Origin: Epithemia pelagica
Taxonomy: Eukaryota > Protista > Bacillariophyta
NCBI GenBank assembly: GCA_946965045.2
Contig: OX337231.1
Coordinates: forward strand, 2,604,001-2,668,000
Length of the DNA: 64,000 bases
Direction of reading: 5' to 3'
The notes beneath the pieces are model-generated. The model was not told where the DNA came from. It ran no database searches and saw nothing but the letters and a program-made list of their open reading frames with translations. Within the stretch, counting starts at the first letter, position 1; each line of letters opens with the position of its first letter. Below are positions 62,337 to 64,000 of the stretch, one piece after another. The position numbers and the translations under genes were made by a program.

Positions 62337-63213
62337 GACGGCGAAGACAACGATGATATATCTTCTTGGTGCTAGACCTCAAGGTGCGCCGTTGTGTGTC
62401 TTCCATAGAGTTAACCACGGCCATTGTGTCTGCTCGTCCGAACGAATCGCGAATCCAGTCGCTGGTGAGTCCATCATCCTTCGCGCGTCCGGAACGAGAT
62501 CCGGCGCGCCGGCAATGCTTTCCCGCGCTCCCGGGTATCCAAGACAATCTCAGCGACCATGACTAAACATCATTATAGATAGTCTATGGAATGTTAAACT
62601 GGTAACCGATCGAGTGTGTATTGATTGTACCGTTTGTCCGTACGGCACGTGCCTATGGAGGTGCGTGGAGGGCGACAATTGACACCGCAAAACCTGGATG
62701 CACTCATCGCGTGGAGTGAAAATCTCGATGCTCGGTGCACCCTTGCAGGAACAGAGAGCGAGATAGTGGACGGAGAGTGGAGAGAAAGACAAGACTTGTG
62801 GAAGAACAACAATAGAGGTGTATTTGGAGGGAAACTGACAAAGAACTTGGAACAAACATTAAGACGTTGAGAGAGTATTGTGTGGATTGTTTGGGAACAA
62901 GAGCAGTGTCTCATTGATAGAGCTGCAAACCAAAGAATATCCCTTCATATTGAAGCACAGTTTTTCTGTTTCACTGCACCAAACACAAACAGGTGCTTCG
63001 AGTACCTTGAAAAAAAAGCGAGTCCACAGCAAGAGGTCTTCGTAGACTCTGGATTCGCGTCTTGCGTCCATTCAGGTGGAACGAACTAGTGTTGGGAACA
63101 GCCGATCCATTTCTCCACTGGGACGCCCAAGAATAGTGATTCTCATTTTGGCACCATTGTTTTGAACGCAAACTACGAATACAGTCATGATGCTAGTGAC
63201 TGGCTGTAGTCGC

Positions 63214-64000
63214 ATGACGGAGCCCTCCTCGTCTACACCCAGTGGTAGTGCAAGTCGTTTGGCCACTCTTCCCATTCAAGAGGAAGAAGCCGAGAGCATT
63301 CTGAGTGATGAAGGATTTCGGGGAGATCGAATTCAAGGTAGGTTGGTCTCGGCGTTGTATGAAGTGAAAATTACGGTTGGAGTTGTGGAGGAAAATGCTG
63401 CGTTTGGTTTCAAGCATGGAAATGATAATTTGTCCACGTCGCTTGTCTGACACCTTTTATATGAAACCTATATTTGTTCGTTCCCATTATCTTTACAGTG
63501 GCTGTTCGAGTGCGTCCCTTGACAGTGCCCTCCAAGTCACTGCACAATGGAGATAGTAGTTCTGTGTCAACCAAGACATCGTTGTTGCCGCTGAGTCTAC
63601 GAAACATGCACCTGTCGAAGCATCATAACAGCGATGAAGCCGCAAGTGTCGTTAGTGGCAGTAGTCGAAACAGTCACAACAAGTCCTTGGCATCCACCAC
63701 TTCCTCTTGGAACCTTGTTGGACCCGATACGCTCGTATTAAAACCCTCCTCTTTGCTCGCTCGCAAAAAGACGGGACATTCCTTTACGGTGGACCACGTG
63801 TTTGACGAAGACCGCGATACGAAATCCATTTATCAAGAAATGGGTCGTCCCATTGTGCAGTCGGCCTTGACGGGTCGGAATGGAACCCTCTTTGCCTATG
63901 GACAAACGGGCAGTGGGAAAACCTTTACGTTGCAAGGCAACAGCGCGGATCACAGCCAAGACGAAAATGACGAAGAACAAGAGCACAAGGAAGGTCTCAT
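63214..64000 (+). CDS. Kinesin motor protein, 5' part (possibly kinesin-7/CENP-E-like), truncated by the window end
   Basis: Intron 63338-63498 joins DRIQ to VAVRVRPL. Exon 2 encodes HSFTVDHVFDE...IYQEMGRPIVQSALTGRNGTLFAYGQTGSGKTFT (P-loop). Not in the ORF track because exon 2 lacks a start codon. The subfamily call is tentative. Confidence 0.9.

Noticed and set aside
62625-62870. 81 aa plus-strand ORF between CRNKL1 and the kinesin
   Set aside because: Short, no motif, and it lies in a divergent promoter interval; it cannot be supported without expression data.
63214-64000. A CENP-E-like kinesin near the array as support for centromere function
   Set aside because: The location of a kinetochore gene says nothing about centromere position, and the subfamily call itself is tentative.
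1-64000. tRNA, rRNA, telomeric repeats or autonomous transposon ORFs
   Set aside because: None were recognised by eye; no transposase, reverse transcriptase or TTAGGG-type tract was seen.

Overview
Eukaryotic nuclear DNA, almost certainly from a diatom. The evidence is short GT-AG introns, bipartite signal-peptide/ASAF-type plastid presequences and a DUF6824-like domain. The left ~29 kb and right ~4 kb are gene-dense. Left: a type II membrane kinase, a PsbQ-like lumen protein, an NSUN6-type methyltransferase, a SNAPC4-like Myb protein, two long low-complexity proteins, a Ser/Thr kinase, a fused FetB-FetA (STAR2-STAR1-like) ABC transporter, a plastid peptide deformylase-like protein and a ~1443 aa BPI/TULIP-like plus PDZ-like protein. 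Right: a DUF6824-like ORF, crooked neck/CRNKL1 and the start of a kinesin. The centre (29961-57617, about 148 copies) is an uninterrupted head-to-tail 187-bp satellite. It has several local higher-order repeats, a conserved palindrome-rich core, a shuffled variable segment, and diverged terminal monomers that share variants across 27 kb. On its left are a hAT-type MITE and a decayed copy of the CRNKL1 locus; on its right is a CpG-poor zone. The array is the best candidate for an undescribed system, possibly a satellite-based regional centromere or heterochromatin block, but that function is inference only. All alignments and counts were done by eye, and protein family calls come from motif recognition, not database searches.
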